Virus record (IMG/VR): IMGVR_UViG_3300023371_001771
Coordinates: 1 to 64,000 of that record
DNA: 64,000 nt
Source of the DNA: a virus
Taxonomy: Duplodnaviria; Heunggongvirae; Uroviricota; Caudoviricetes
Reading direction: 5' to 3' (one strand)
The notes beneath the pieces are model-generated. The model was not told the origin of the DNA. It did not search any database and saw only the letters and a list, made by a program, of their open reading frames with translations. A program made the position numbers and the translations under genes. Shown here piece by piece: positions 46,935 through 55,982 of this stretch. Each line of letters begins with the position of its first letter. Position 1 is the first letter of the stretch.

Positions 46935-47228
46935 ATGACATATTGTGAAAGATTAATGAGAGGTACCAAAGAAGATCTAATTAACGAGCTCGTTCTAGCC
47001 ATTAAGTGGGCGCGAAATCTATCCGAAGCAGATTGGAACGCAATTACTACTGGGTCTGGTGGACTTGAAAAGTTCGTATGTGACACACTTGATAATAAGT
47101 CAAAAGAATCCGCACTCAATGAGTGTACATGCGAGCACGCACATGGAATGTTTCAGGATCATTATGGGACAAGATATTGGTGTGCAGTTTATGGTAAAGA
47201 ATGTGACAATTGTAGAATGGTGAAGTAA
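46935..47228 (+). CDS. hypothetical protein
   Basis: ORF with RBS GGAGGA. Confidence 0.45.
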   Translation: MTYCERLMRGTKEDLINELVLAIKWARNLSEADWNAITTGSGGLEKFVCDTLDNKSKESALNECTCEHAHGMFQDHYGTRYWCAVYGKECDNCRMVK

Positions 47229-47229
47229 T

Positions 47230-47532
47230 ATGTGGTTCATTACAGTATTTGAAAAATTCGAAGTCAACGAACATGGCTTCCCAGACTATGGCAGCATGAG
47301 AACGTGGGGCTATTACTCAAATCGCGAAACTGCACTCCAGGCACTTCATGAAAATTGGACTGATATGTGGGAATGTTTTTACGATTATGCTGTTCTTGAA
47401 AAAATTGGCGAGGGCATTTCGCCATCTGTAGAGCGCACACAATACTTTAAGTACGACCGTGAGCGTGATGGCTATTTTGAAATGAGAACTCCTGCATATT
47501 ATGATCATTTTGGTAACTTTGCGCTAGGCTAA
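47230..47532 (+). CDS. hypothetical protein
   Basis: ORF in the array. Confidence 0.45.
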   Translation: MWFITVFEKFEVNEHGFPDYGSMRTWGYYSNRETALQALHENWTDMWECFYDYAVLEKIGEGISPSVERTQYFKYDRERDGYFEMRTPAYYDHFGNFALG

Positions 47533-47547
47533 AAGGAGAGATTAATA

Positions 47548-47907
47548 ATGCGTTTTTATTTTGATATTGACGAAACTGATTTTCAGGATGACTATGGGCT
47601 TAATTTCCAAGAAACCGTCATGAACCGTGTGTCAAACGAAATCGCTTATAGTGTTTGGGATAGCGTTTCTGATCCAGACCGTTGGCATTCAGAAACAAAA
47701 AAGCACATTGATGCAATTCTGAAATCCAAGCAAAACGAAATCGTTGAAGCCGTAATTGAGCGTGTAGCTGAAAAGATTGCCAAGAAGAAGGCGCTTATGG
47801 AATTTACTCCAAAGGTTAGCGAGTTGGCCGCGCTAGACAAAGACAACGTTGCTTACTTTGAAGAAATGATCGACAAGGCAATTGCGAAGAGATTTAACGG
47901 GAAGTGA
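47548..47907 (+). CDS. hypothetical protein
   Basis: ORF with RBS AAGGAGAG. Confidence 0.45.
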   Translation: MRFYFDIDETDFQDDYGLNFQETVMNRVSNEIAYSVWDSVSDPDRWHSETKKHIDAILKSKQNEIVEAVIERVAEKIAKKKALMEFTPKVSELAALDKDNVAYFEEMIDKAIAKRFNGK

Positions 47908-48119
47908 GTGGTTGTGTGGCAACAAATCATAAATCTGGTATCAGTACATACGTTGTTGGAGACATAATTTATTTCAGAGGTGAACGGCTTCCACCAGCAC
48001 CTCGTCGTTCTAACAAGCAAACTGTATTTGTAGGAGATACAATATGTATTAATGGCCATGAATGGAAAAATGGAAAGTGGAAGAAAACGCTACGTGCGCT
48101 ATGGCACATGATGTTTTAG
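47904..48119 (+). CDS. hypothetical protein
   Basis: ORF with a non-ATG start. Confidence 0.35.
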   Translation: MSGCVATNHKSGISTYVVGDIIYFRGERLPPAPRRSNKQTVFVGDTICINGHEWKNGKWKKTLRALWHMMF

Positions 48120-48132
48120 GAGGTCGAGCGTT

Positions 48133-48318
48133 ATGAAAATTTTTAAATATATTCGTTCGCTATTTTGCAATCATGAATGGGAGATGCTATCTACGCACTG
48201 TGAATCATATGCGGACGATCCAAAGCACATTTATATCGTTCAAACATTCCATTGCGCAAAATGCGGTGCGGTATGTACAGATATGAGCGGCAACATTAGT
48301 AAATTTAAAGTGAGGTAA
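48133..48318 (+). CDS. zinc-ribbon protein
   Basis: Contains CNHEW...CAKCG. Confidence 0.4.
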   Translation: MKIFKYIRSLFCNHEWEMLSTHCESYADDPKHIYIVQTFHCAKCGAVCTDMSGNISKFKVR

Positions 48319-48323
48319 TATAC

Positions 48324-48671
48324 ATGGACAATATTTTAACTCCAGAACAGGCCGCACGGCCAGTAACTCAGGCTGATCTTTTATCGGCGCTTAATGAGCT
48401 TGCAAAAATGGTGTCTCAGAACAGCGCATATTACCAGGATCATATGTTTAATGCAGTAAACGAAGCTTTGGGCACTGTCGCAAGGGCAATCGATGAACTT
48501 GACTACAAGAGGATGAGAGATGCGTATCATGTAATTAGCTTGATTAGTGAACTTCACAACTTGCCGCGAGACACTATGATTGAAAATTATATCAAGTGGT
48601 GCGAAGATTTTGATAAGATGAATGCGCCAGTGGCTAATGATGCTGAAAACAATAAGGAGACAGAAGCATGA
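48324..48671 (+). CDS. hypothetical protein
   Basis: ORF in the array. Confidence 0.45.
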   Translation: MDNILTPEQAARPVTQADLLSALNELAKMVSQNSAYYQDHMFNAVNEALGTVARAIDELDYKRMRDAYHVISLISELHNLPRDTMIENYIKWCEDFDKMNAPVANDAENNKETEA

Positions 48672-49174
48672 AAGCAAAACTAATTGTTGAAGGTAGAGAG
48701 TTTACCATTGAAATTAATGATCCAGAACTGGAGAAACTACTTAAGCCGCAGAAGAAGACTGGATATGAGCGCGTGTCGCCTCTTGATCCTTATTGGGCAG
48801 TAGATGAATTTGGTGTTTGTCAACATCTTGGAGAAGAAAAAGAAGTTGTAGATGAGATATATGATAATGCCAACTACTATTCAGATGAGACCGTAGCCGA
48901 AAATAATGCTCGCGCCGACAAGCTTATGCGCCAGCTTAGACGGTATGCGGTGGAGCAGAGAAAATATAAATTGCTTTGGAACAAAGACTACTGCAATGAA
49001 AAATGGAGCATTGTGTACGATTGTAAAAATTGTAGACTTGTAACTAGAAAACATTGGGACGAACGCGAAGCTTTTGTTATTTATTTTGATACCGAAGAAA
49101 TTGCTAATCTTGCTGTAGAAACTTTCCACGACGAACTAATCTGGTACTTTACTGAATATAAGGACAGTCTATGA
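48668..49174 (+). CDS. hypothetical protein
   Basis: ORF in the array. Confidence 0.45.
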   Translation: MKAKLIVEGREFTIEINDPELEKLLKPQKKTGYERVSPLDPYWAVDEFGVCQHLGEEKEVVDEIYDNANYYSDETVAENNARADKLMRQLRRYAVEQRKYKLLWNKDYCNEKWSIVYDCKNCRLVTRKHWDEREAFVIYFDTEEIANLAVETFHDELIWYFTEYKDSL

Positions 49175-49183
49175 GGTGAACAC

Positions 49184-49411
49184 ATGAGTAAAAGTAATCT
49201 CCCAAAGTTTATTGAATGCCCTTGGTGTCATTCACCAATGGAGTTGCACGAAATAGAATGTGATGATGGAATGATTAGACGCGGAGACAAACGGCTGAGA
49301 GACTATTACTATGATTGTGATGTATGTTGGGCACACTCACCGAATGTTTATGAAGTGTGCACTCATGAGCAAGCAGAAAAACGTTTGAGAGAGCTGTGTA
49401 GATTGAGGTGA
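49184..49411 (+). CDS. zinc-ribbon protein
   Basis: Contains CPWC...CDVC. Confidence 0.4.
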   Translation: MSKSNLPKFIECPWCHSPMELHEIECDDGMIRRGDKRLRDYYYDCDVCWAHSPNVYEVCTHEQAEKRLRELCRLR

Positions 49412-49713
49412 TAGTATTAATGGGATATTGGTATGAGTTCTACGACCCAGAGCATGATTTTAAGCTCATTGACGAAGGCAAATTTGCTGGCATGCCATTT
49501 TATGATAGCACTTGCCCAGTAAACATCCCAATGTCATTTGGTGATGTTGGGTACTACTCACATCCAGATTACTCAGATCCGTACAACTGCACTGGGTTGA
49601 TTAGTAGGAAGTTGGCCATTGAGCTGCAAAAGTATATGAAGAGCAACAACACTCTTTTTACTGATATGATGGATGCGAATTACACAAATACTTTAGTTTT
49701 TAGAATAACTTGA
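49408..49713 (+). CDS. hypothetical protein
   Basis: ORF in the array. Confidence 0.4.
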   Translation: MIVLMGYWYEFYDPEHDFKLIDEGKFAGMPFYDSTCPVNIPMSFGDVGYYSHPDYSDPYNCTGLISRKLAIELQKYMKSNNTLFTDMMDANYTNTLVFRIT

Positions 49714-49725
49714 GGTGATATCGTA

Positions 49726-49926
49726 ATGGTAGGAAAATATCTTACAATCAATCTTTCAGAGCATGCCGTTAAGAAAATCATCGCAGAGTATCTTATAAGA
49801 GAAGGATACGAAGTAACTGCTAATGATGTGAGACTTTCAGTTGGTTCAAAAATTGAAGGATATGGTATGGGTGAATGTGAAGTAGTTTATTTTAATGGTG
49901 CTCATGTAAGTATAAGGAGTGACTGA
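49726..49926 (+). CDS. hypothetical protein
   Basis: ORF in the array. Confidence 0.4.
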   Translation: MVGKYLTINLSEHAVKKIIAEYLIREGYEVTANDVRLSVGSKIEGYGMGECEVVYFNGAHVSIRSD

Positions 49927-49929
49927 ACA

Positions 49930-50187
49930 GTGAAGATTACAGACATTGTACACGCCGACACTGGAAAAACAAGAACTGATGGAAGATATTCACAGCGCAT
50001 TGGTAGTACAGTAGAATTTTTTGTTGCTCCAAGAGTTGGAGTGTCAATGATGCTATTGTACGTAGAAGATAATCAGGGAAACAAAAAAGACGGTGTTCTA
50101 CAAACTAGCACAGTTGAACATATTATTGACAACGGTGCGGTGATTGCAGTATACACGCGCAACAGCGTATATTATCTTGAGAGGTGA
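49930..50187 (+). CDS. hypothetical protein
   Basis: ORF with GTG start. Confidence 0.35.
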   Translation: MKITDIVHADTGKTRTDGRYSQRIGSTVEFFVAPRVGVSMMLLYVEDNQGNKKDGVLQTSTVEHIIDNGAVIAVYTRNSVYYLER

Positions 50188-50193
50188 CAAAAC

Positions 50194-50580
50194 GTGAAGC
50201 ACAAATATCTGCTTGAGCTTTTCCCAGACAAGCTCCCATTCCCCTACAATGAAGAAGATTACCATGATTTTGATTATCGTGATACTTTTAGTATGGATGA
50301 AACTATTGTTCTATGGATGTATCAATGCTTAAGATTTTTCCAAGACGAAGCATCAAAGATTGTTAATTTTGATTTTCATAAGGTTGAAATTGACGGCGTA
50401 GAACTTACTCAAAGACAGTGTATTGACAGAATGGTTGAAGATTGTAAAAAGATTCTTTATGACGAAAGTGCTTTTGAAGATTACAAAGATGAAAATGAAT
50501 ATATTATAAATGTGGTAGATCCAGCTGTGGATGATCTTTTTATGGTTTTTAGTAAAGTACATATGCACATGTGGTGGTGA
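50194..50580 (+). CDS. hypothetical protein
   Basis: ORF with GTG start. Confidence 0.4.
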   Translation: MKHKYLLELFPDKLPFPYNEEDYHDFDYRDTFSMDETIVLWMYQCLRFFQDEASKIVNFDFHKVEIDGVELTQRQCIDRMVEDCKKILYDESAFEDYKDENEYIINVVDPAVDDLFMVFSKVHMHMWW

Positions 50581-50852
50581 TTTGTATGAGTGATTATGAA
50601 GAAAAGTGTAAGCTGTGCACACATAATTACAAACCAGTTGACTGCGAGCCAAAGTGCAATATGATGTGCGCCAATCATGAATATTTTAAACCAATAACCA
50701 ATTATGACATGATCATGAAAATGAACGAAGAGGATTTGGCGGATGAATTCTTCAATTGGTTTTGCAATGGATATTGTGAAAATTATGTTGATGACTTCGG
50801 TGAAGTTTATGATAATATACTTGAGTGGCTTAGAAGCATGCGCTTGGGGTGA
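50571..50852 (+). CDS. Cys-rich protein
   Basis: Contains CKLC...CEPKCNMMC. Confidence 0.4.
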   Translation: MVVICMSDYEEKCKLCTHNYKPVDCEPKCNMMCANHEYFKPITNYDMIMKMNEEDLADEFFNWFCNGYCENYVDDFGEVYDNILEWLRSMRLG

Positions 50853-51205
50853 TTAATATGAATGATGTAAATGAGCTAATTAAAAATATATATGAATATA
50901 TTGGAGAGCCAGTTGATTACGCTGAGTTAATTGGTTCGCCAGTGCCATCTACATACGGCATCTGTTATACATACGAAGATCCTGGTGATATATTGCTTGC
51001 ACAGGCCGCAAAAACGTTAGATGAACTATCTAACAATTTGAATGTGTGTGCAAAATGGGAACCTGGTAATGGTTATATGGATTACAGTTTGGATTGTGAT
51101 ATACCAACATATAGATGCTCAAATTGCAAATGCGAAGAAGAGCTTACGACAGACTATTGTCCGAATTGTGGCGCAAAAATGGATTTGGGGGATGAATTGC
51201 TATGA
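50849..51205 (+). CDS. zinc-ribbon protein
   Basis: Contains CSNCKC...CPNCG. Confidence 0.4.
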   Translation: MINMNDVNELIKNIYEYIGEPVDYAELIGSPVPSTYGICYTYEDPGDILLAQAAKTLDELSNNLNVCAKWEPGNGYMDYSLDCDIPTYRCSNCKCEEELTTDYCPNCGAKMDLGDELL

Positions 51206-51408
51206 AAGATCATGACGCAATTGAACAAGCTTATAAAAATGGGTTTGAAGATGGCAAAGCAAATGCCATAAGATATGGCGTTTGGGAAGTAATACGGGAT
51301 CCAGTGGGCATGCCGCTTAGATGGATGCATAGAGAGTGCGGCAGAATTACTATTGAAGCCAGTAAGTATTGTCCTGACTGTGGAGCACAAATGCAATGGG
51401 AGGGATGA
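51202..51408 (+). CDS. zinc-ribbon protein
   Basis: Contains ECGR...CPDCG. Confidence 0.4.
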   Translation: MKDHDAIEQAYKNGFEDGKANAIRYGVWEVIRDPVGMPLRWMHRECGRITIEASKYCPDCGAQMQWEG

Positions 51409-51593
51409 TTGTGGAGAATGTAAATACAGTAACAATTACACTTGATGAATATTTTGAGCTGCGAAATAAAGCAGATGCGAATGCATTTTTAACTATGCAT
51501 TTTGGACAAATTGATGCGCAAATGCAGGAGCTTCGCACAAAATACGAAGAGCTTAGATGGCGTTTTGAAGAGCTAGAAAGAAAAAACAAGTAG
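51396..51593 (+). CDS. hypothetical coiled-coil protein
   Basis: ORF in the array. Confidence 0.4.
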   Translation: MGGMIVENVNTVTITLDEYFELRNKADANAFLTMHFGQIDAQMQELRTKYEELRWRFEELERKNK

Positions 51594-51613
51594 AAACAAT
51601 ACAAAATTAATAG
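51594..51613 (+). promoter_or_regulatory. conserved motif copy upstream of the RNAP-like gene (AAACAATACAAAATTAATAG)
   Basis: No sigma70-like hexamers are evident nearby. Confidence 0.5.
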
Positions 51614-51631
51614 TTAAGGCGGTGATGTTAT

Positions 51632-54430
51632 TTGGCAAAGCAAAAAAAATTACAACAATATGTCTTTAAGATAAACTCTACTCTATTGAGAAAAAATGAT
51701 TGGAACTTAACTTTGCCGCTAAATAGGGCTAGAAATACGACAGGTCTAGTTGTCGCGCTTGCTGATTCTCAGATTTTGTCTTGGATCAACGAGCTTAATG
51801 GAACTACGGATTATGATATTCAAGCTAAAGAAATAAAGCGCCAAATTAAAGAAATTAAAAAGCAGCCAGTAAGTCGTAACAACAAAACTAAAATCTCAAA
51901 TTTGTACAAGCAGTTATATAGACTGCAGTTCAAAGAAGATTACTTGTGTGTCATAATGGACAAGAAATCAGATTATGATCGCGCAAATCAAGGATTTTAT
52001 GTTAATGGTATTAAGTATTTGCGACTTTTGTGCACAACAGGCGGTGTAAAAACCTCAACAGTTGTGTATGTGAGCGAAAAGCTACATCCAGAACTCAAAA
52101 AGCGTATTGAAAACGGCAAGAACAATGAAGTGCAACTTGTCCCTGCCAAATTGGGCGCATATGAGGCTTTGGCCGCTAGTGGATCTCTTGAGGTGAGTTG
52201 GCCAAAGGACAAATATGCTCCAATCCCTGGTGGTGTAATAGTAATCAAGGACGCGTTTACTGAGTTTTATGCTGATTTGATTAATATTGATGATAGCGAC
52301 CGCTCACAGGAGCCAATTGTGCAGTTTGAGCCAAATCAATTAGTTAAAAATGACTGCTCTGACGGATGCTCTATGATGCTTCCATCTTTGTCTAGGCGCT
52401 GGAATGGCGAGCTTAATGATGATTATGAGCACACAATGAGCGGATGCAATCTTCGTTGCGCGTGGACCAAAGGCATGACTTTTACTTTTGATTATATAAA
52501 GTTTGCAGAAGAGGTTGTCGGTGCATCAGATGATTACCCAGAAAAGTATTTGATAACAGATATTTGGGGACAGCAAAGAGATATTAGAGACTCTGAGCTG
52601 ATAATCACTGAAAGCCAGCTTAAACTTTGGAACTGCTATGATTCGTGGGAAGATTTTTACTACAAGTGCCTTGAAAATAAATATACTCTTAGAATTGCGA
52701 AGACTGCGCCGCATGAAGTGGACAATGTAAGACAGTTAAACTATCAGTTTATACAGTCTTTGAGCCTATCAGATGATGATATTCGGGAGCTTATAGCACC
52801 TACTGTTGATGAAATTAAGGATACGCTTGGCATGGATCCAAGAAAAAGCCTTGTGTATTTGTGCGGCAAAAATCTTAAAGCTGAAAACATAAAGTACTCT
52901 GATGTTGCAGCAAGGGCAATAATGGCAAATACGGATGTTATTAATGACCCATATATTCGTAACAGAATCAAAAAAATGATCAATAAGCGCATTAGAGAGG
53001 CAAAAATTGGAGTGCTTGACGTGCGCGGCAACTTCCAGATTATATCTGGTGACATATATGCGCTATGTGAGAGTATGTTTGGCCTTGAGGTGCATGGGCT
53101 ACTTAAGGCAGGTGAAATTTACAGTAAATATTGGAAGGATAATGGCGTTAAGCGTGTAATGTGCGCTAGAGCGCCAATGTCAAACGAGCATTCGCTGGTC
53201 TCTCAGGATATTTGTTACGACGATAAGGTTGAATATTGGTTCAAATACATGGATACTGTGGCAGTTGTAAACGCTTGGGATACGATGCCAATGGCACTTA
53301 ATGGCTTTGATTTTGATGGAGATTTGCTATTTACTACTGATAGCACTCCATTGCTTAACAATCAGAAGAACTTGCCTGCGCTAAATTGCATTCAGTACAA
53401 GGCTTCAAAGAAGGTTGTTACCGAAGAAGATGTTATCAAAGCAAATAAAAATGGTTTTGGTAGTAAGATTGGCAGTATTACAAATAGAATCACTGCAATA
53501 ACTTCTTTGATGGCAAATTATGAGCCAGGAAGCGTTGAATATGAAACTTTAAGGTATAGAACTCAGTGCGGACAGGCGCTTCAGCAAGAAGAAATTGATA
53601 AAGCAAAAGGCATTTTGCCAAATCCAATGCCTAAAAGTTGGTATATTTTTAGTGAAAATGTCATAAAAGATGATGATTCTGACGAGATTAAAGCTCAAAA
53701 AACACTCAATCAGAGGCTTTGCGCAGCCAAAAAACCTTACTTTTTCGGCTATAATTACACCACTTTGAAGCAAGAATATGACTCATATGTGCGTGATACA
53801 GACGATCATGTTCAGAGTATAACGGGCAAAAACATCCGTGATTTGCTTAAAAATGATGGAAAATTGCCCGAAAATGAGCAAAAAATACTTGATTTTTATA
53901 AAAAGAGGCTCCCTCTTGACATTTCTCCATCAACAATGAATCGAATTTGTTGGGCTATTGAGGATGAGTTCGATGGTGTTGATATGTTTTCTAATGTTGA
54001 TTTTGATTATTCTATTTACAAAAGTGGAATAGAATATTCTGTTGAAGATTATGAGCTTATAAAATCAAAATGCGAGTCATTCAAGCAGAAAAAACGAGAA
54101 ATCAATAAGAAAAAATTTGTTGACTGTGAAGTTGAAGACGAAAGTTTCGCTGATCAAATGCAAAAATTGAACTCCGATTTAGAAGAAGATTGCTTTTCTA
54201 TCTGTTCCAATGAGCAGGTTTTATGTGAAATTTTGCTTGATATTTGTTACAAAGACGGATTTGATACATGTATCGTGTGGAGTTTGTGCGGAGATATAAT
54301 TGTGGAAAAACTTGTGAGTAAATCTGGTGTCTACAGTTATCCAGAGCAGTGCGCTGATGGCGAGTTTAACTTCGGAGGTCTGCAGTTTGTCATGAAAAAT
54401 ATTGCGGTTGGAGGTGAAGTGGATGGTTAA
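51632..54430 (+). CDS. YonO-like single-subunit RNA polymerase (two-barrel, beta-prime-like catalytic motifs)
   Basis: VMCARAPMSNEHSL aligns with the beta-prime NRAPTLH motif. About 40 aa downstream, ALNGFDFDGDLLFTTD aligns with the universal beta-prime NADFDGD catalytic motif. Size 932 aa. TTG start after AAGGCGG. Leader motif lies upstream at 51594-51613. Confidence 0.55.
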   Translation: MAKQKKLQQYVFKINSTLLRKNDWNLTLPLNRARNTTGLVVALADSQILSWINELNGTTDYDIQAKEIKRQIKEIKKQPVSRNNKTKISNLYKQLYRLQFKEDYLCVIMDKKSDYDRANQGFYVNGIKYLRLLCTTGGVKTSTVVYVSEKLHPELKKRIENGKNNEVQLVPAKLGAYEALAASGSLEVSWPKDKYAPIPGGVIVIKDAFTEFYADLINIDDSDRSQEPIVQFEPNQLVKNDCSDGCSMMLPSLSRRWNGELNDDYEHTMSGCNLRCAWTKGMTFTFDYIKFAEEVVGASDDYPEKYLITDIWGQQRDIRDSELIITESQLKLWNCYDSWEDFYYKCLENKYTLRIAKTAPHEVDNVRQLNYQFIQSLSLSDDDIRELIAPTVDEIKDTLGMDPRKSLVYLCGKNLKAENIKYSDVAARAIMANTDVINDPYIRNRIKKMINKRIREAKIGVLDVRGNFQIISGDIYALCESMFGLEVHGLLKAGEIYSKYWKDNGVKRVMCARAPMSNEHSLVSQDICYDDKVEYWFKYMDTVAVVNAWDTMPMALNGFDFDGDLLFTTDSTPLLNNQKNLPALNCIQYKASKKVVTEEDVIKANKNGFGSKIGSITNRITAITSLMANYEPGSVEYETLRYRTQCGQALQQEEIDKAKGILPNPMPKSWYIFSENVIKDDDSDEIKAQKTLNQRLCAAKKPYFFGYNYTTLKQEYDSYVRDTDDHVQSITGKNIRDLLKNDGKLPENEQKILDFYKKRLPLDISPSTMNRICWAIEDEFDGVDMFSNVDFDYSIYKSGIEYSVEDYELIKSKCESFKQKKREINKKKFVDCEVEDESFADQMQKLNSDLEEDCFSICSNEQVLCEILLDICYKDGFDTCIVWSLCGDIIVEKLVSKSGVYSYPEQCADGEFNFGGLQFVMKNIAVGGEVDG

Positions 54431-55313
54431 TTTTAAGTTTAATGATAAGACAGATATTGAGCGCAAGCTTTTAGATAGTTATGCTAATCACGAGAATCCC
54501 GAAGAGACAATCAGAGAATTGGCAAGATATAACCATCATATACTTGGCATGAAAAAAGAAGATAATTATGATGCCATACTAGCTTATATGAATAAGAATT
54601 GCGAGGACTTCTATGAAGAGAAGTATTTTAAAACAATATATAGAAATATCTCCAGCGCAAAGAAGTATAAGTTTAGAAATGTTGATCCAGTTATAATTAC
54701 CAAGTCTGAAATTGATAAAATCATAAGTTTAAATGATATCAGGAAAGAAAAGCTTGCGTTTGTTTTACTTGCTGCGGCAAAATATTATAATAACGTTTCA
54801 CCCGACAACAATAACCGCATGTATATATCCATGAGTGACCTGTTTAAACTTGCGAGAGTTGCAATTCCTAGTAAGGAAAGGGCAAGTTATTTGCACTTTG
54901 CATATGAAGATGGTGTGCTGATTGAACATAGTTTTGTTGGTACAAATTTAAAAATTGTTGGGTTTGTGGACGATGATAGTGAAATTGCAATGACTCTTCA
55001 GGAAGATGATTACAAAGAGCTTGCGTATACATATTTAAACTATAAAAATGGCGGATACAAGCGTTGTAAGAAATGCGGAAAGCTATTTAAAATGCATAAG
55101 AGTGCGCCTGGTAGACTGTATTGCAAAGAGTGTGGACAAAAGGAAGAAACAAGTGAGTTTAAGTTGATTAAATGTATAGATTGTGGCGTTGATGTTGCGC
55201 TTAGCACCAGAGATACAGAAACCTGTAGATGCGAAGAGTGCAGAGAGGTGCATATTAAGCAGCTTCGCAGTGAGCAAAACAGAAGATATTATCAAAGCAA
55301 AAAGATTCAGTAG
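54423..55313 (+). CDS. hypothetical protein with C-terminal zinc ribbons
   Basis: ATG after GGAGGTGAAG overlaps the RNAP end. C-terminal CKKCGK...CKECG...CIDCG...CRCEEC. Confidence 0.45.
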   Translation: MVNFKFNDKTDIERKLLDSYANHENPEETIRELARYNHHILGMKKEDNYDAILAYMNKNCEDFYEEKYFKTIYRNISSAKKYKFRNVDPVIITKSEIDKIISLNDIRKEKLAFVLLAAAKYYNNVSPDNNNRMYISMSDLFKLARVAIPSKERASYLHFAYEDGVLIEHSFVGTNLKIVGFVDDDSEIAMTLQEDDYKELAYTYLNYKNGGYKRCKKCGKLFKMHKSAPGRLYCKECGQKEETSEFKLIKCIDCGVDVALSTRDTETCRCEECREVHIKQLRSEQNRRYYQSKKIQ

Positions 55314-55325
55314 GTCGCTTCAAAA

Positions 55326-55346
55326 CTTACAATACAAAATTAATGC
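55326..55346 (+). promoter_or_regulatory. conserved motif copy (CTTACAATACAAAATTAATGC)
   Basis: Lies between gene 54423-55313 and gene 55461-55646. Confidence 0.5.
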
Positions 55347-55460
55347 CCAAAACACCAATAAATCATTGGTGTTTTTGGCATTTCTAAAAAATGACTTTCA
55401 ATTTTTATAAAATGAATAGTAAATAGTTTGACAAATTAGCAATACAGGAGGTACAAAATT

Positions 55461-55646
55461 ATGGCAAAGGCAGCAATTACTAAGAAATTTTCACTGAGTG
55501 CCCAGGGCATTCTTTCTATTGAGGAAGATGGTGCATTTATTGAAAACGCAGATACTGGTGAGCTTATTGACCTAAAGGATCTTCTTGCGGACTTCGCAGA
55601 CAAGGCTGTAAAGCTTAGTGTAAATTACGACGAAGATTACGAATAA
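55461..55646 (+). CDS. small acidic protein
   Basis: ORF with RBS AGGAGG. Leader motif lies upstream at 55326-55346. Confidence 0.4.
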   Translation: MAKAAITKKFSLSAQGILSIEEDGAFIENADTGELIDLKDLLADFADKAVKLSVNYDEDYE

Positions 55647-55655
55647 TTTATTGTC

Positions 55656-55982
55656 TTGGAAGGAGCAAAAAAAGATATGGAAAGGGTAATGAAAAAACCA
55701 GAGCTTGCGCGTGAATTGGCGCAACGCACAGGGTTTTATATAAAAAATATGGAAGCCGTCTTAGACGCGCTTGATGATATTATCGTTGACAACATGAGTA
55801 TGGCCACAAAAGACGAGCCGTCAGAAATCCGTCTTTCTCTTGGGTTTATACTTGGCGGAAGATATTCTCCTAAGCATGAGGTTAGGGATCCACGCACAGG
55901 TGAAAGTGTAATGACTCCTGCAAAATATATTCCTTATGCTAAGTTTAGTCCAGCATTTAGAAAGAAAATTAACAAGAAGTGA
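55656..55982 (+). CDS. HU/IHF-family DNA-binding protein
   Basis: ELARELAQRTGFYIKNMEAVLDAL ... RDPRTGESVMTPAKYIPYAKFSPAFRKKIN matches the HU fold signature (RxPxTGE..I.P....P.FK.GK.L). Confidence 0.7.
   Translation: MEGAKKDMERVMKKPELARELAQRTGFYIKNMEAVLDALDDIIVDNMSMATKDEPSEIRLSLGFILGGRYSPKHEVRDPRTGESVMTPAKYIPYAKFSPAFRKKINKK

Noticed and set aside
51622-51634. Alternative ATG start (51625) for the RNAP-like gene
   Set aside because: Out of frame, with a stop within 15 codons. The in-frame TTG at 51632 after AAGGCGG is the only plausible start, though unverified.
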